A stretch of 64,000 nt of DNA from an uncultured Gemmatimonadales bacterium (GCA_963851265.1 CAWKNZ010000002.1:1440001-1504000); one strand, 5' to 3'; shown: positions 1 through 11,857, numbered from the stretch's first letter. Notes: generated by a model not told the origin, from the letters alone. Numbers and translations are program-made.

Positions 1-2028
1 GTAGCCACCGCCGAGGTCGGCGAGGAACGCGCGGCCGGAGCTGCGCGCCTTGACTGTCAGCTTCTTGTCGAAGAGCTGGTCGGGAAGTCCGTCGAGGAAG
101 CCCGACGGGCGGCCCTGCATCTTCTCGCCGTTCCGCAGGCGCTGTTCGGCGTGCAGCAGGTACAGCTTCTCTTCGGCGCGCGTGATCCCGACGTAGAACA
201 GGCGGCGCTCCTCCTCGAGCTGCGCGGGGTCGTCGTAGGCGCGCGCGAGGGGAAACAATCCGTCCTCCAGGCCCGTGATGAACACGACGGGGAATTCGAG
301 CCCCTTCGCGTTGTGCATCGTCATGAGCGTGACCGCGTCCGCGTCGGCCGCGAGGGCGTCCACGCCCGCGACGAGCGTGGCCTTCTGGAGGAAGTGGTCG
401 AGCGGCGTGAGGCCGACTTCCCCGCCCTCGTCCGCGACCGTTTCGGCCGCGCCGTCGACGAGGGACTGGACGTTGAGCATGCGGTCCTGCCAGTCGGGGC
501 CCTCGGCCTTGAGGTGGTCGCCGTACTTCGTCGCGGCGACGAGATCCTCGATGAGCTCGGGCACGCTCGCTTCGGGCGCGGCGGCGCGGAGGCGGTCGAC
601 GAGCGTGACGAATTCGGCGAGCGGGGCCCGGGCCGCGGGGCGGAGCTGCGCCTGCACCTCGGCGCGCCGCGCGACGTCGAGCAGCGGCGCGCGCTCGCGC
701 TCGGCGATCTCGGCCAGCAGGTCGAGCGACGTGTCTCCGATGCCGCGCTTCGGGACGTTGACGACGCGCCGGAACGCCTCGTTGTCGGCCGGATTGGCGA
801 TCAGCTTGAGGTACGCCATCAGGTCGCGGATCTCGCGGCGGTCGTAGAAGCGGACTGCGCCCACGAGACGGTACGGCATCCCCCGGCGGCGCAGCGACTC
901 TTCGAGCGACCGGCTCTGCGAGTTGGTGCGGTACAGGACCGCGAAGTGCCGCAGCACGCGCCCCTCTCCGGCGCGGCGCGCCGCGATCTCCTCCACCACG
1001 AAGTCGGCCTCGTCGCGGTCGTCGAGCGCGCCGACGAGCGACACGCGCTCGCCCGCGCCGCGGGTCGCGCGGAGGGTCTTGCCCCGGCGCGACGCGTTCG
1101 CGGCGATGACCGTGTTCGCGAGGTCGAGGACGTTCGGCGTCGAGCGATAATTCTCCTCGAGCTTCACCACCGCGGCGTTCGGAAACGTCTTCTCGAAGTC
1201 GAGGATGTTGCGCACGTCCGCACCGCGCCACCCGTAGATCGACTGGTCGTCGTCGCCCACGACCATCACGTTCCCGTGCTCGCCGCCCATCAGCCGGACG
1301 AACTCGAACTGCGCGTGGTTCGTGTCCTGGTACTCGTCGACGAGCACGTAGCGGAACCGCTCGCGGTAGTTGGCGAGCACCTGCGCGTGCTCGCGCAGGA
1401 TCTGCACCGGGAGCACGAGCAGGTCGTCGAACGTCACCGCGTTGGACTCGCGGAGCGCCGGCTCGAAGTCGAGGTAGAGCTTGGCGACCGTTCGCGTGAA
1501 CGGGTCGCCCGCGAGCTCCGCGTACTCGCGGGGCGGCACGAGCGCGTTCTTCGCGTCCGAGATGGCCGACAGCACCGCCTTCGGCGCGACTTCCTTGACC
1601 CCGATCTTGTGGCGCTCGAACAGCCGCTTCAGTGCGCCTAACGCGTCGTCCTCGTCGTAGATCGTGAAGTTGGGCGTGCGGCCGACGAGGTGCGCGTGCT
1701 GGCGCAGCAGTCGCGCGCCGATCGCGTGGAACGTGCCGACCCACATGCCGCGCGGCTCGAAGCCGAGGAAGCGCGCGATGCGGTCGCGCATCTCGCCCGC
1801 GGCCTTGTTGGTGAAGGTGACCGCGAGAATGCGCGCCGGGTCGACGCCGTGCTCCTGCACGAGTCGCGCGATGCGCGTCGTGAGCACGCGCGTCTTGCCC
1901 GAGCCCGCACCGGCGAGCACGAGCGCGGGTCCGTCGACGTGGAGGACGGCCTCGCGCTGGGCGGGGTTGAGGGTCGCGAGCGGGTCGGCCTGCGCGAACC
2001 GGGACGTGCTGGGGATGGGGTGCGGCAT
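1..2028 (-). CDS. pcrA: UvrD/PcrA-family ATP-dependent DNA helicase (3' end runs off the window start)
   Basis: Manual translation of the minus strand from ATG at 2028: MPHPIPSTSRFAQADPLATLNPAQREAVLHVDGPALVLAGAGSGKTRVLTTRIA...ILAVTFTNKAA...LVDEYQDTN...VGDDDQSIYGWRGA...LMTMHNAKGLEF...EERRLFYVGITRAE. These are the SF1 helicase motifs. Absent from the ORF track because there is no stop inside the window. Confidence 0.93.
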   Translation of the reverse strand, partial: MPHPIPSTSRFAQADPLATLNPAQREAVLHVDGPALVLAGAGSGKTRVLTTRIARLVQEHGVDPARILAVTFTNKAAGEMRDRIARFLGFEPRGMWVGTFHAIGARLLRQHAHLVGRTPNFTIYDEDDALGALKRLFERHKIGVKEVAPKAVLSAISDAKNALVPPREYAELAGDPFTRTVAKLYLDFEPALRESNAVTFDDLLVLPVQILREHAQVLANYRERFRYVLVDEYQDTNHAQFEFVRLMGGEHGNVMVVGDDDQSIYGWRGADVRNILDFEKTFPNAAVVKLEENYRSTPNVLDLANTVIAANASRRGKTLRATRGAGERVSLVGALDDRDEADFVVEEIAARRAGEGRVLRHFAVLYRTNSQSRSLEESLRRRGMPYRLVGAVRFYDRREIRDLMAYLKLIANPADNEAFRRVVNVPKRGIGDTSLDLLAEIAERERAPLLDVARRAEVQAQLRPAARAPLAEFVTLVDRLRAAAPEASVPELIEDLVAATKYGDHLKAEGPDWQDRMLNVQSLVDGAAETVADEGGEVGLTPLDHFLQKATLVAGVDALAADADAVTLMTMHNAKGLEFPVVFITGLEDGLFPLARAYDDPAQLEEERRLFYVGITRAEEKLYLLHAEQRLRNGEKMQGRPSGFLDGLPDQLFDKKLTVKARSSGRAFLADLGGGY

Positions 2029-2081
2029 CCCCGACAAGATAGCGCGGGCCGCGGAGGGCCCGCGCGCGGAGCGGCGGCGGG

Positions 2082-3362
2082 TCAGCCGCGCGCGAACCGG
2101 TCCGCGCCGACGAACGCGCGTAACGGCTCGGGCACGTTCACCGCGCCGTCGGCCGTCTGGTGCACCTCGAGCAGCGCCGCGATCACGCGGGGGAACGCCA
2201 GTCCGGAGCCGTTCAGCGTGTGCACGAAGCGCGGCTTCTCACCCGGCGCGGGGCGGTAGCGGATGTTCGCACGTCGCGCCTGAAAGTCGGTGAACAAGGA
2301 GCAGCTCGACACCTCGAGCCAGCGCCCGACGCCCGGCGCCCACACCTCGAGGTCGTACGTCTTCGCGCTGCTGAACCCCGTATCACCGGCCGCGAGTAGC
2401 ACCACACGGTACGGCAACTCCAGGCGTTGCAGCAGCCGCTCGGCGTGGCCGGTGAGCCGTTCCAGCTCGGCGGTGGACGCCTCCGGCGTGCTGTACCGTA
2501 CGAGCTCGACCTTGTCGAACTGGTGCAGGCGCTGGATGCCGCGCGTGTCCTTCCCCGCCGACCCGGCCTCCCGCCGGAAGCACGGGGTGTACGCGACGAA
2601 CGCTTTCGGCAGCTCGGCCGCGTCGAGCAGCTCGTCGCGGTACAGATTGGTCACCGGCACCTCGGCGGTCGGCGCGAGGAACAGGTCGTCGCCTGCGACG
2701 CGATACGCGTCGTCCTCGAACTTGGGGAGTTGGCCGGTACCGGTCATCGACGCGCGCGTGACGAGGGCGGGTGGCCACACCTCCTCGTAGCCGTGGTCGT
2801 CGGCGTGTGTGGTCATGCACCAGTTCAGCAGCGCACGGACGAGCCGCGCTCCGGCGCCGCGGTAGCAGGCGAAGCCCGATCCGCTCACCTTGGCGGCGCG
2901 CGCCATGTCGAACATGCCGAGCGCGGCGCCGACGTCCCAGTGCGGGCGGACCCCGTCCGGGTCGCGCGGTTCGCCCCACGTGCGCACGACGATGTTCGCG
3001 CGCTCGTCGCCGGCCGGCACGTCGTCGAGCGGGATGTTGGGCAGCTCGAGCAGGAGCGCATCCAGCTCCGCGTCCACGGCGGTCTGACGCGCGTCGCCGG
3101 CGGCGATCTCCTCGCCGAGCGTGCGTGCGGCCGCGACGAGATCGTCCGCGGGCTCCTTGGCGCGCTTGCGGCGCGCGACCTCCTGCGTGGTCGCGTTCCG
3201 CGCCGCCTTGCGCTCCTCGACCGTGGCGATGAGCGCGCGACGGTCGCGTTCGAGGGCCTCGAGGCGATCGAGGACCGGCGCGAGGGCGTCGAGCGAGCCG
3301 CGTCGGGCAAGACCGTCGCGAAGCCGGTCGGGGTGCTCGCGCAGGAGCTTCAGATCGTGCAT
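2082..3362 (-). CDS. serS: Serine--tRNA ligase
   Basis: N-terminal coiled coil plus GTGQLPKF, PTAEVP, FRREAGS.GKDTRG..RLHQFDKVE, EVSSCS, HTLNGSGLA motifs. Confidence 0.97.
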   Translation of the reverse strand: MHDLKLLREHPDRLRDGLARRGSLDALAPVLDRLEALERDRRALIATVEERKAARNATTQEVARRKRAKEPADDLVAAARTLGEEIAAGDARQTAVDAELDALLLELPNIPLDDVPAGDERANIVVRTWGEPRDPDGVRPHWDVGAALGMFDMARAAKVSGSGFACYRGAGARLVRALLNWCMTTHADDHGYEEVWPPALVTRASMTGTGQLPKFEDDAYRVAGDDLFLAPTAEVPVTNLYRDELLDAAELPKAFVAYTPCFRREAGSAGKDTRGIQRLHQFDKVELVRYSTPEASTAELERLTGHAERLLQRLELPYRVVLLAAGDTGFSSAKTYDLEVWAPGVGRWLEVSSCSLFTDFQARRANIRYRPAPGEKPRFVHTLNGSGLAFPRVIAALLEVHQTADGAVNVPEPLRAFVGADRFARG

Positions 3363-3398
3363 GGGGACGGGGCGGCGCGCGGCGGTCGGCCGCGCCGG

Positions 3399-4061
3399 TT
3401 ACGAAGTCGGCAGCCCCGCCGCGAACGACTTGAAGCCGCAGTTCTGGTCGATCGTGGCGCGGATCGAAAATGCGCCCGTGAGCGGGTCGACGCTGTCGAT
3501 CACGAGCTTGGCATAGAATGGCGACCCGGCGGTGCACGCGAGGCCCGCGGCCTGCACGACGACGGTCTGGCCGACCGTCACGCGGAACGCCGAATCGGCC
3601 TGGTACGTCCCGCCCGGCGCGCTCTGGAGCGAATCGTAGAGCGTCGTCGACGTCTGGAATCCGGTACGCGGCGAGCTCAGCGCCGACGCGATGAGCTTCG
3701 GCGGCAGCAGCACGATGTGTCCCGCGCTGTCGACGTTGAATGCGACGTCGAAGTTGGGCGCGAGCGTACTCGACCCAGTCACGCTCGTGTACGTGACGAT
3801 CGCGGGGCGGACGACGAGCGGTGTGTGGAGGTCGATCGCCGACCCGTAAGGCGGGGGCGCCGCGCGCAGCGGGAACACCGTGAAGGTCGTCGAGATCGTG
3901 TTGTACGACGCGATCGGCGCGTACGGGTCCCTGCCGCCGCACGCGGCGGCGACACTCACCGCCGCGGCGACGGCGCCGACGACGGCGGCCCGCACGCGGC
4001 GGGGCGCGCGGACGCGCGACGTTGCGGACCGATGAACCGGGCGGAGGTTGAGGGACGACAT
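3399..4061 (-). CDS. Hypothetical lipoprotein
   Basis: Basic N-terminus, hydrophobic stretch and lipobox-like VAAAC; beta-rich body; fills the gap between serS and the divergent roadblock gene. Confidence 0.7.
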   Translation of the reverse strand: MSSLNLRPVHRSATSRVRAPRRVRAAVVGAVAAAVSVAAACGGRDPYAPIASYNTISTTFTVFPLRAAPPPYGSAIDLHTPLVVRPAIVTYTSVTGSSTLAPNFDVAFNVDSAGHIVLLPPKLIASALSSPRTGFQTSTTLYDSLQSAPGGTYQADSAFRVTVGQTVVVQAAGLACTAGSPFYAKLVIDSVDPLTGAFSIRATIDQNCGFKSFAAGLPTS

Positions 4062-4205
4062 ACTTCAAGCTTATCGCCCGCCCCGCGGCCCGAGCAACGG
4101 CGCCACGCGGCGCGGACGCGCGGCGCGGCGGGCCGCGCTTGACCGGTATCGGGCACGACCGTTAGTTGCGCCGACGTTCCGCCGTTTCCCGCCGCGCCCC
4201 ACGCC

Positions 4206-4607
4206 ATGCCATCCTTTCGCGACCAGCTGCGCGCGCTCCAGGCGCACCCCGGAGTTCGTGCGGTGGTCGCGGCGGGTCGCGACGGGCTGCTCATCGACCA
4301 CGCCGTGGGCGAACACACGGCGGCGGCCTCGGATGCCCCGCAGCCGGTCGATCCGGCGGCGTACGCCGAGCACTTGGCGGCACTCGCGCCCGGACTCGTG
4401 ATGGCTGCGGAGATGCTTGCGGACGCCGACGGCGTCGCGAGCGGCCTGCGGTCGGTGGTCGTCGAATCGGGCGTCGGCCTCCTCGTCGCGCTGCCGGTGA
4501 CGCCGGAGGTCACGGTTCTCGCGGCGATAGATGCGGCGCACGCCGACGCGGGCGCGGCGATCGGACACGTGCGGAGCGAACGCGGCGCGCTGGCCGGATC
4601 GGTTTGA
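4206..4607 (+). CDS. Roadblock/LC7 (MglB-like) domain protein
   Basis: 133 aa; HPGVRAVVAAGRDGLLID is the roadblock signature; its TGA overlaps the next ATG at 4607. Confidence 0.8.
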   Translation: MPSFRDQLRALQAHPGVRAVVAAGRDGLLIDHAVGEHTAAASDAPQPVDPAAYAEHLAALAPGLVMAAEMLADADGVASGLRSVVVESGVGLLVALPVTPEVTVLAAIDAAHADAGAAIGHVRSERGALAGSV

Positions 4608-5044
4608 TGTCGACTGCGTCGACGCCGTCCACGGGTCGCGAAGGGGCCCGTCCGGTGCGGCACGTGCTCGTCGCCGACGACGAACCGCACATCGGCCGCA
4701 TCATCCAGATGAAGCTCGAACAGGGCCCGTTTCGCGTGACCCTCGTGCACGACGGGCAGGAAGCGCTCGACGCGCTGAACGACGGGCCGCACGTCGACCT
4801 CGTCCTGCTCGATCTGATGATGCCGCGGTTGAGCGGACTCGACGTGCTCGCCGCGGTGCGCGCCGATCCGCGCCACGCGTCGCTTCCATGCATCATCCTG
4901 ACGGCCGCCGGCCAGGAGCAGCAGTACCGGCAGGCCATGGCTCTCGGCGCGACCGATTTCATGACCAAGCCGTTCAGCCCGAAGAAGCTGTACGCCCGCG
5001 CGGCGGAACTCGCGGGCGTCACCGAAGGGGAGGCGGCCGCGTGA
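4607..5044 (+). CDS. Stand-alone response regulator receiver (CheY-like)
   Basis: VLVADDEPHI, DLVLLDLMMP, ILTA and MTKPFSP motifs; ATG at 4607 overlaps the upstream stop. Confidence 0.9.
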   Translation: MSTASTPSTGREGARPVRHVLVADDEPHIGRIIQMKLEQGPFRVTLVHDGQEALDALNDGPHVDLVLLDLMMPRLSGLDVLAAVRADPRHASLPCIILTAAGQEQQYRQAMALGATDFMTKPFSPKKLYARAAELAGVTEGEAAA

Positions 5045-6153
5045 GCGCGGTCGTTTCTCCCGCCACGCGCGGAGCGCCGATGGATGGCGCATGGGCCGTC
5101 GTGCTCGCAGGCGGCGTCGGGTCCCGGTTCTGGCCGATGAGCACGCCGGCGCGCCCGAAACAACTCCTGGCGCTCGTCGACGAGCATCCGCTGCTCGCCA
5201 ACACGCTCGCGCGGCTCGTGCCACTGGTTCCGGCCGAACGCACGCTGGTACTCACGAATGCGACGCTGCGCGACGCCGTGCGCGCGCTCGCCCCTGAGCT
5301 GCCGGCCGAGAACGTGATCGCCGAGCCCGCCCCGGCGGGCACCTGCGCGGCGCTCGCGTGGGCGTCGCGCGCCGTCGCCACGCGTGGCGGACGCGACGCC
5401 GTGATGGTATGCGTCCACGCGGACTGGGCGATCGCCGATCCGGCGGCGTTCCGTTCGGCGCTCGCGCGCGCAGGTGACGCCGCGGCAGCGCACGCGAGCC
5501 TCGTCACGGTCGGAGTCGTTCCGACGCGCGACGATCCCGGCTTCGGCTACATCCAGCCGGGCGATCCGGTCGACGATGCCGCGCCCGCGGCGCCGGAGGG
5601 TGCGCCGGACGCGTCGCACCGCATCCGGCGCGTGGCGCGCTTCGTCGAGAAGCCCACGCGCGAGCGCGCGGCGCGCATGCGCGCCGAGGGGTACCTCTGG
5701 AACTCGGGGATCTTCGTATGGCGCGCGGGCGACTTCCTCGACGAGGTCGACGCGCTCGCCCCCGAGGTCGGCCCGGCGCTGCGCGCGGCCGGCGATGACA
5801 TCGCCCGCTTCTTCGCCGACGTCACGCCCGTCGCCGTCGACGTCGCGGTCATGGAACGGAGCCGCCGCGTGCTGGTGATCCCCGGCGACTTTGGGTGGGA
5901 CGACGTGGGCACCTGGGGCGCGCTCGGCCGCGTGCGGACGCGCGACGACAAGGAGAACGCGCCGAGCGGTGCGGTGTTCGCGCTCGATGCGCGGCGGAAC
6001 GTGGTGCACGCGGACGGGAACGCGGTCGTCCTGTACGGAGTAGATGACCTCGTCGTGGTGACGCGGCCCGGCCTCACGCTGGTCACGACGCCCGACCGGT
6101 CGAGCGACCTCAAGGCGCTGCTCGACGCGCTCCCGGCGGCGTTCCGGGACTGA
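5041..6153 (+). CDS. manC: Mannose-1-phosphate guanylyltransferase
   Basis: VVLAGGVGSRFWPMS...PKQLL, FGYIQ, RFVEKP, WNSGIF and GWDDVGTW motifs; GTGA overlap at 5041 (alternative ATG at 5080). Confidence 0.88.
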   Translation: MSAVVSPATRGAPMDGAWAVVLAGGVGSRFWPMSTPARPKQLLALVDEHPLLANTLARLVPLVPAERTLVLTNATLRDAVRALAPELPAENVIAEPAPAGTCAALAWASRAVATRGGRDAVMVCVHADWAIADPAAFRSALARAGDAAAAHASLVTVGVVPTRDDPGFGYIQPGDPVDDAAPAAPEGAPDASHRIRRVARFVEKPTRERAARMRAEGYLWNSGIFVWRAGDFLDEVDALAPEVGPALRAAGDDIARFFADVTPVAVDVAVMERSRRVLVIPGDFGWDDVGTWGALGRVRTRDDKENAPSGAVFALDARRNVVHADGNAVVLYGVDDLVVVTRPGLTLVTTPDRSSDLKALLDALPAAFRD

Positions 6154-6182
6154 CCCGGTTCGGCCCGAACCCGCGGGGTAGC

Positions 6183-7376
6183 ATGGCAGGTCTGTACTTC
6201 TACGACGACGCGGTCGCGCGAACGTTCGCGCCATTCGCGTTGACCCGACCGGGCGCGGAACTTCGCGCGGGCGCGCTGATCGTGCGCGAACGATGGGCGC
6301 GCGTGTTCGGGCTGGACGCGGCGGGGTTCCTCTCGTCGCCCGCGCTCGCAGGATTCGAGGAGCCGGGCGCGCCGGGTGCTGCGACGGGCCTACTGCCCGC
6401 GGGCAGCATCGTCATCCACGCGCGGTGCGTGCCCGTGCTCGACGTGCGTGCCGCGCCGAGCGCCGGCGCTTGGCGCTGCAACGGCCGGCTCGCGGCGGTG
6501 CGCCTCGGGAAGCCGGTCCCGGCCGACGCGTTCGCGGACGGCACGCTCACCCTCGACGCGTTCCGGGGCGTCGGCGACGATGCGGAGCTCGCCGGCTGGT
6601 GGCACGACGCGTCGTGGGACTACGTCGGGCACCTCGCCGCACAGCTCGCGCGCGACCTCCCGACGTTAGGCGCGGAGATCGACGCGGTCGAGCACGCGGG
6701 CGTGGTCCTCGGCGCGCACGGCGTGTTCGCCGAGAGAGGCGCCGCGGTCGAGCCGTACACGGTGTTCGACACGTCGGCCGGCCCCGTCGTGGTCCGCCGC
6801 GGCGCGACGGTGCAGGCGTTCACGCGCGTCGTCGGGCCGTGCTACATCGGCGAAGGCTCGGTCGTCACGGCCGACCGCATCAGCGGTTGCGCGATCGGCG
6901 ATCACTGTCGCGTGCACGGCGAGATCAGCGCGTCCGTGCTCGTCGGGCACGCGAACAAGGCGCACGACGGGTTCGTCGGCCACTCCTATCTCGGGCGCTG
7001 GGTCAACCTCGGCGCGGGGACGACGACGAGCAACCTGAAGAACACCTACGGCACGGTCTCGCTCTGGACTCCGGGCGGCGTGCGCGACACCGGGCTGCAG
7101 TTCCTCGGCACGCTGTTCGGCGACCACGCGAAGACGGGCATCGGGCTGACGTTGACGACGGGCACGGTGGTCGGCGCTGGTGCGAACGTCTACGACCGGA
7201 TGCCGCCGAAGCACGTGCCGCCCTTCGCGTGGGGTGGCGGCGCGCCGTACGACACCTACGACGCGGAGCGGTTCGTGCGCGTGGCCGAACGCGCGATGGC
7301 GCGGCGTCAGCGCGCGCTCACCGCGGGAATGCGGGACCTGCTCGCGCGGGCGCACGCGCGTCGCGACGAGGGCTGA
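6183..7376 (+). CDS. GlmU-like putative sugar nucleotidyltransferase with a left-handed beta-helix domain
   Basis: PFALTRP..ELRAG N-terminus; hexapeptide repeats; NKAHDGFVGHSYLGRWVNLGAGTTTSNLKNTY. Confidence 0.8.
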   Translation: MAGLYFYDDAVARTFAPFALTRPGAELRAGALIVRERWARVFGLDAAGFLSSPALAGFEEPGAPGAATGLLPAGSIVIHARCVPVLDVRAAPSAGAWRCNGRLAAVRLGKPVPADAFADGTLTLDAFRGVGDDAELAGWWHDASWDYVGHLAAQLARDLPTLGAEIDAVEHAGVVLGAHGVFAERGAAVEPYTVFDTSAGPVVVRRGATVQAFTRVVGPCYIGEGSVVTADRISGCAIGDHCRVHGEISASVLVGHANKAHDGFVGHSYLGRWVNLGAGTTTSNLKNTYGTVSLWTPGGVRDTGLQFLGTLFGDHAKTGIGLTLTTGTVVGAGANVYDRMPPKHVPPFAWGGGAPYDTYDAERFVRVAERAMARRQRALTAGMRDLLARAHARRDEG

Positions 7377-7377
7377 C

Positions 7378-8193
7378 GTGCGCCTGTGGGTGTTAGGAAC
7401 GGGCAGCCGCGGCAACGCGGTGCTGCTGGAGAGCGACGGCGCGCGCCTCATCGTCGACGCGGGGTTCGGGGTGCGCGCGCTGGCCGAGCGGCTCGCGGCG
7501 GCGCGCGTGCCCCCGGAGTCGATCGCCGCGTGCGTGGTGACGCACGAGCACGCGGACCACGTGAAAGGTGTGCGGCACGCGGCCGCGCGGTGGGGGTGGG
7601 CCGTACACGCGACCACGGGCACGGCCGCGGCATGCGCGGGCGTGCGCGCGGCGGGCGCGACGACGTTCGCCGCGGGTGCGACGTTCCGCGTCGGCCCGTT
7701 CGCCGTCGAGACGGTCGCGACCCCGCACGATGCGGCCGAGAGCATTGCGGTGACTGTGACGACGGACGCCGGTGCGCGCGCTGGCGTGTGCTACGACCTC
7801 GGTCACGCTTCGGACGCCGTGCGCGCGGCGCTGGCCGACGTCGACCTGCTCGTGCTCGAGGCGAACCACGACGAGGCGATGCTGCGTGCGGGCCCGTATC
7901 CGCCTTCGGTCGCCGACCGTATCGCGGGCCGGTTCGGTCACCTGAGCAACCGCGCGGCGGCCTCGCTGGCGCGGCAGGTCGCCACGCCCGCGCTGCGCCA
8001 CGTGGTGCTGGCGCACCTCAGCGAGTCGTGCAACGAGCCACGCCTCGCGAGTGCGGACGTGGGTGCCGCGCTCGCGCGAACGCGTTTCCGCGGAGCGGTG
8101 ACTCCAGCGCTTCAGGACGTCGTCGCGGGGCCGTTCGTCGCGCACGCGGCGCCGCGCGCTCGCGCCGCTGAGCAGCTCGCGCTCGGGCTATAG
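7378..8193 (+). CDS. MBL-fold metallo-hydrolase (YycJ/WalJ-like)
   Basis: LGTGSRGNA, THEHADH, TPHDA, LEANHD, GHLSN and LAHLS motifs; GTG start at 7378. Confidence 0.85.
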   Translation: MRLWVLGTGSRGNAVLLESDGARLIVDAGFGVRALAERLAAARVPPESIAACVVTHEHADHVKGVRHAAARWGWAVHATTGTAAACAGVRAAGATTFAAGATFRVGPFAVETVATPHDAAESIAVTVTTDAGARAGVCYDLGHASDAVRAALADVDLLVLEANHDEAMLRAGPYPPSVADRIAGRFGHLSNRAAASLARQVATPALRHVVLAHLSESCNEPRLASADVGAALARTRFRGAVTPALQDVVAGPFVAHAAPRARAAEQLALGL

Positions 8194-8391
8194 CGCGCCA
8201 ACTCCGGGGTAGTACGGACTGTGAGCGGCGGGCGATCACGCTACGTTTTGCGCCGTTCCGCGCTAAGGAAGCTTAGTGCCCTACCCTGCCACGCCGGCCA
8301 CTCAGTCCTCGCCCCACTCGGGAGTCGAGACGGTGCCGGCGCGTCGAATCGACCTTCGCCGAGCGATCTGCTCGATCGTTGAGGTTCCGCC

Positions 8392-9051
8392 ATGCATGAG
8401 TACCACCGCCTACTCGAGAACAATCGCCGCTGGGCCGCCGACGCCATCGCCGCCGACCCGACCTACTTCTCGTCGATGGCGAGCGGGCAGCAGCCCATGT
8501 TCCTCTACATCGGATGCGCGGACAGCCGGGTCCCGGCCGAGGTGATGACGGGCCTCGGACCCGGCGAACTCTTCGTGCATCGCAACATCGCGAACGTGGT
8601 GCTGCCGAGTGACCTGAGCGCGATGAGCGTGCTGCAATACGCGGTCGACGTGCTCGACGTCAAGCACATCCTCGTGACCGGGCACTACGGCTGCGGCGGT
8701 GTGAAGGCGGGGATGGGCACGGAATCGTACGGCCTGGTCGACCACTGGCTCGGACCGATCCGCAACGTCGTGCGGTGGAACCGCCCCGAGTTGGACGCGA
8801 TCGCGGACGAGCAGGCGCGCTTCGACCGGGTGGTCGAGCTGAACGTGCTGGAACAGATCTACCACCTGAGCGAGACGCCGATCATTCAGCACGCGTGGGC
8901 GCGCGGGAGGCGTCCGATCGTGCACGGGCTCGTCTACGACCTCCGCAAGGGCCTCCTGCGCGAGATCGCCACCAACATCGGCTCGCAGGAAGACGCCGAC
9001 CGTCTGGCGATCAAGCGACTGGCCGGACCGCCGGCGGGCGCGACGCGTTAG
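8392..9051 (+). CDS. can: Beta-class carbonic anhydrase
   Basis: IGCADSRVP, GELFVHRNIAN and GHYGCGGV zinc-ligand motifs; GAGG upstream of the start. Confidence 0.95.
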   Translation: MHEYHRLLENNRRWAADAIAADPTYFSSMASGQQPMFLYIGCADSRVPAEVMTGLGPGELFVHRNIANVVLPSDLSAMSVLQYAVDVLDVKHILVTGHYGCGGVKAGMGTESYGLVDHWLGPIRNVVRWNRPELDAIADEQARFDRVVELNVLEQIYHLSETPIIQHAWARGRRPIVHGLVYDLRKGLLREIATNIGSQEDADRLAIKRLAGPPAGATR

Positions 9052-9068
9052 GCCGCCGCGCGCCGGCC

Positions 9069-9698
9069 TCAGGGGGTGGGGGCGCGCGGATCCGCGACCG
9101 CCTTCACGGCCCGGTTGACGATCGCCTCGAGGCGCCCGGTCGTGGGGCACACGGTACGCGGACCCGCCGCCCCGGGGCGCTGCCCGGCGGCGAAGAGTTG
9201 CGTGCTGACGAGGCTCCCGGCACCATCCGGCGTCACACGCGAGAGCAGCGTCACCATCACGCGGTACTCGCCGAGTGACGGTTCCGCGTAGCTGCCGCCG
9301 CCGCAGGACACGTAACGTCGGAGGGTCGGGACGTCGATGCGGTCAGCGGCGCGGACGTCGACCGCGCCGACAATGTGCGTGGTCGTGTCGAACCGCGTCG
9401 CCGGGAATCCGGCGACGCGGTACGCATCGGTGAGCGCGGCGTACGCCGTCGCGACGGGCGCCCGCACGTGCACCTCGAACGCGGGGGCGCGGACCCCGAC
9501 GAGGCGCACCCCTTCCGCGCGCACCACGCCCTCGGCGCCATTCAGGACACGCAAGTCTTCGATGCGCTCCGCGGCGTCCGGAACGGGCGCGTTGGCGGGT
9601 GAACCGGTGGCCTGGCCGGCACACGCCGCCACGCACGCCGCGCACACGGTCGCGAGCGCGGCGGCGATGCGAACACGACTTTTGTGAGGAGGCTGCAT
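9069..9698 (-). CDS. Hypothetical lipoprotein
   Basis: MQPPHKSRVRIAAALATVCAACVAAC signal/lipobox; paired Cys (YVSCG...VCPTTGRLE); start uncertain. Confidence 0.6.
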   Translation of the reverse strand: MQPPHKSRVRIAAALATVCAACVAACAGQATGSPANAPVPDAAERIEDLRVLNGAEGVVRAEGVRLVGVRAPAFEVHVRAPVATAYAALTDAYRVAGFPATRFDTTTHIVGAVDVRAADRIDVPTLRRYVSCGGGSYAEPSLGEYRVMVTLLSRVTPDGAGSLVSTQLFAAGQRPGAAGPRTVCPTTGRLEAIVNRAVKAVADPRAPTP

Positions 9699-9764
9699 CG
9701 GGCGAAAGCTCGGCACGCGTTCGCCGCACCGCAACGACGCGCTCGAGGCTCGACACCCCCGGAC

Positions 9765-9809
9765 GCACGACGGCGGGGGCGTCCACTGGACGCCCCCGCC
9801 GTTTCGTGC
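9765..9809 (-). terminator. Strong hairpin downstream of groEL, probable terminator
   Basis: ACGGCGGGGGCGTCCA-C-TGGACGCCCCCGCCGT perfect inverted repeat at 9770-9802, about 30 nt after the groEL stop; no clear U-tract on the minus strand. Confidence 0.7.
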
Positions 9810-9829
9810 TGTCGCGTGACGAGCCGGAC

Positions 9830-11497
<1,668 letters not shown>

Positions 11498-11517
11498 TTA
11501 GTTACAGAAGGGGACGA

Positions 11518-11820
11518 TCAGCCGATGACGGCGAGGACGTCCGACTCGCGGAGGATGAGCAGCTGCTCGCCCTCGACGGTGACCTCGGTGCCGCTGTACT
11601 TGCCGTAGAGCACCTTGTCGCCGGCCTTCACGTCCATCGGGACGCGCTTGCCGTTCTCGTCGTACTTGCCGGGCCCGACGGCGACGATCTCGCCCTGCTG
11701 CGGCTTCTCCTTCGCGGTGTCGGGGATGTAGAGGCCGCCGCGCATCTGCTCGGTCTCTTCGAGCGCGCGGACGACGACGCGATCAGCAAGGGGCTTCACG
11801 GCGCTGGTGATGGTGGCCAT
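11518..11820 (-). CDS. groES: Co-chaperonin GroES
   Basis: [40 protein letters not shown]. Confidence 0.99.
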   Translation of the reverse strand: MATITSAVKPLADRVVVRALEETEQMRGGLYIPDTAKEKPQQGEIVAVGPGKYDENGKRVPMDVKAGDKVLYGKYSGTEVTVEGEQLLILRESDVLAVIG

Positions 11821-11857
11821 GTGTATTGCCTCTGCGAGTGGGTGAGTTGTTGTGGAG

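Noticed and set aside
151..1641. 496-aa plus-strand ORF and many similar long ORFs (e.g. 9599-11608, 17234-20026, 45464-47134, 52194-54143)
   Set aside because: They are antisense or out-of-frame shadows of clear genes, Arg/Ala-rich and without motifs, as expected in very GC-rich DNA.
8263..8276. Short palindrome CTAAG-GAAG-CTTAG upstream of the carbonic anhydrase
   Set aside because: Only 5-bp arms and a single occurrence; too weak to call an operator.
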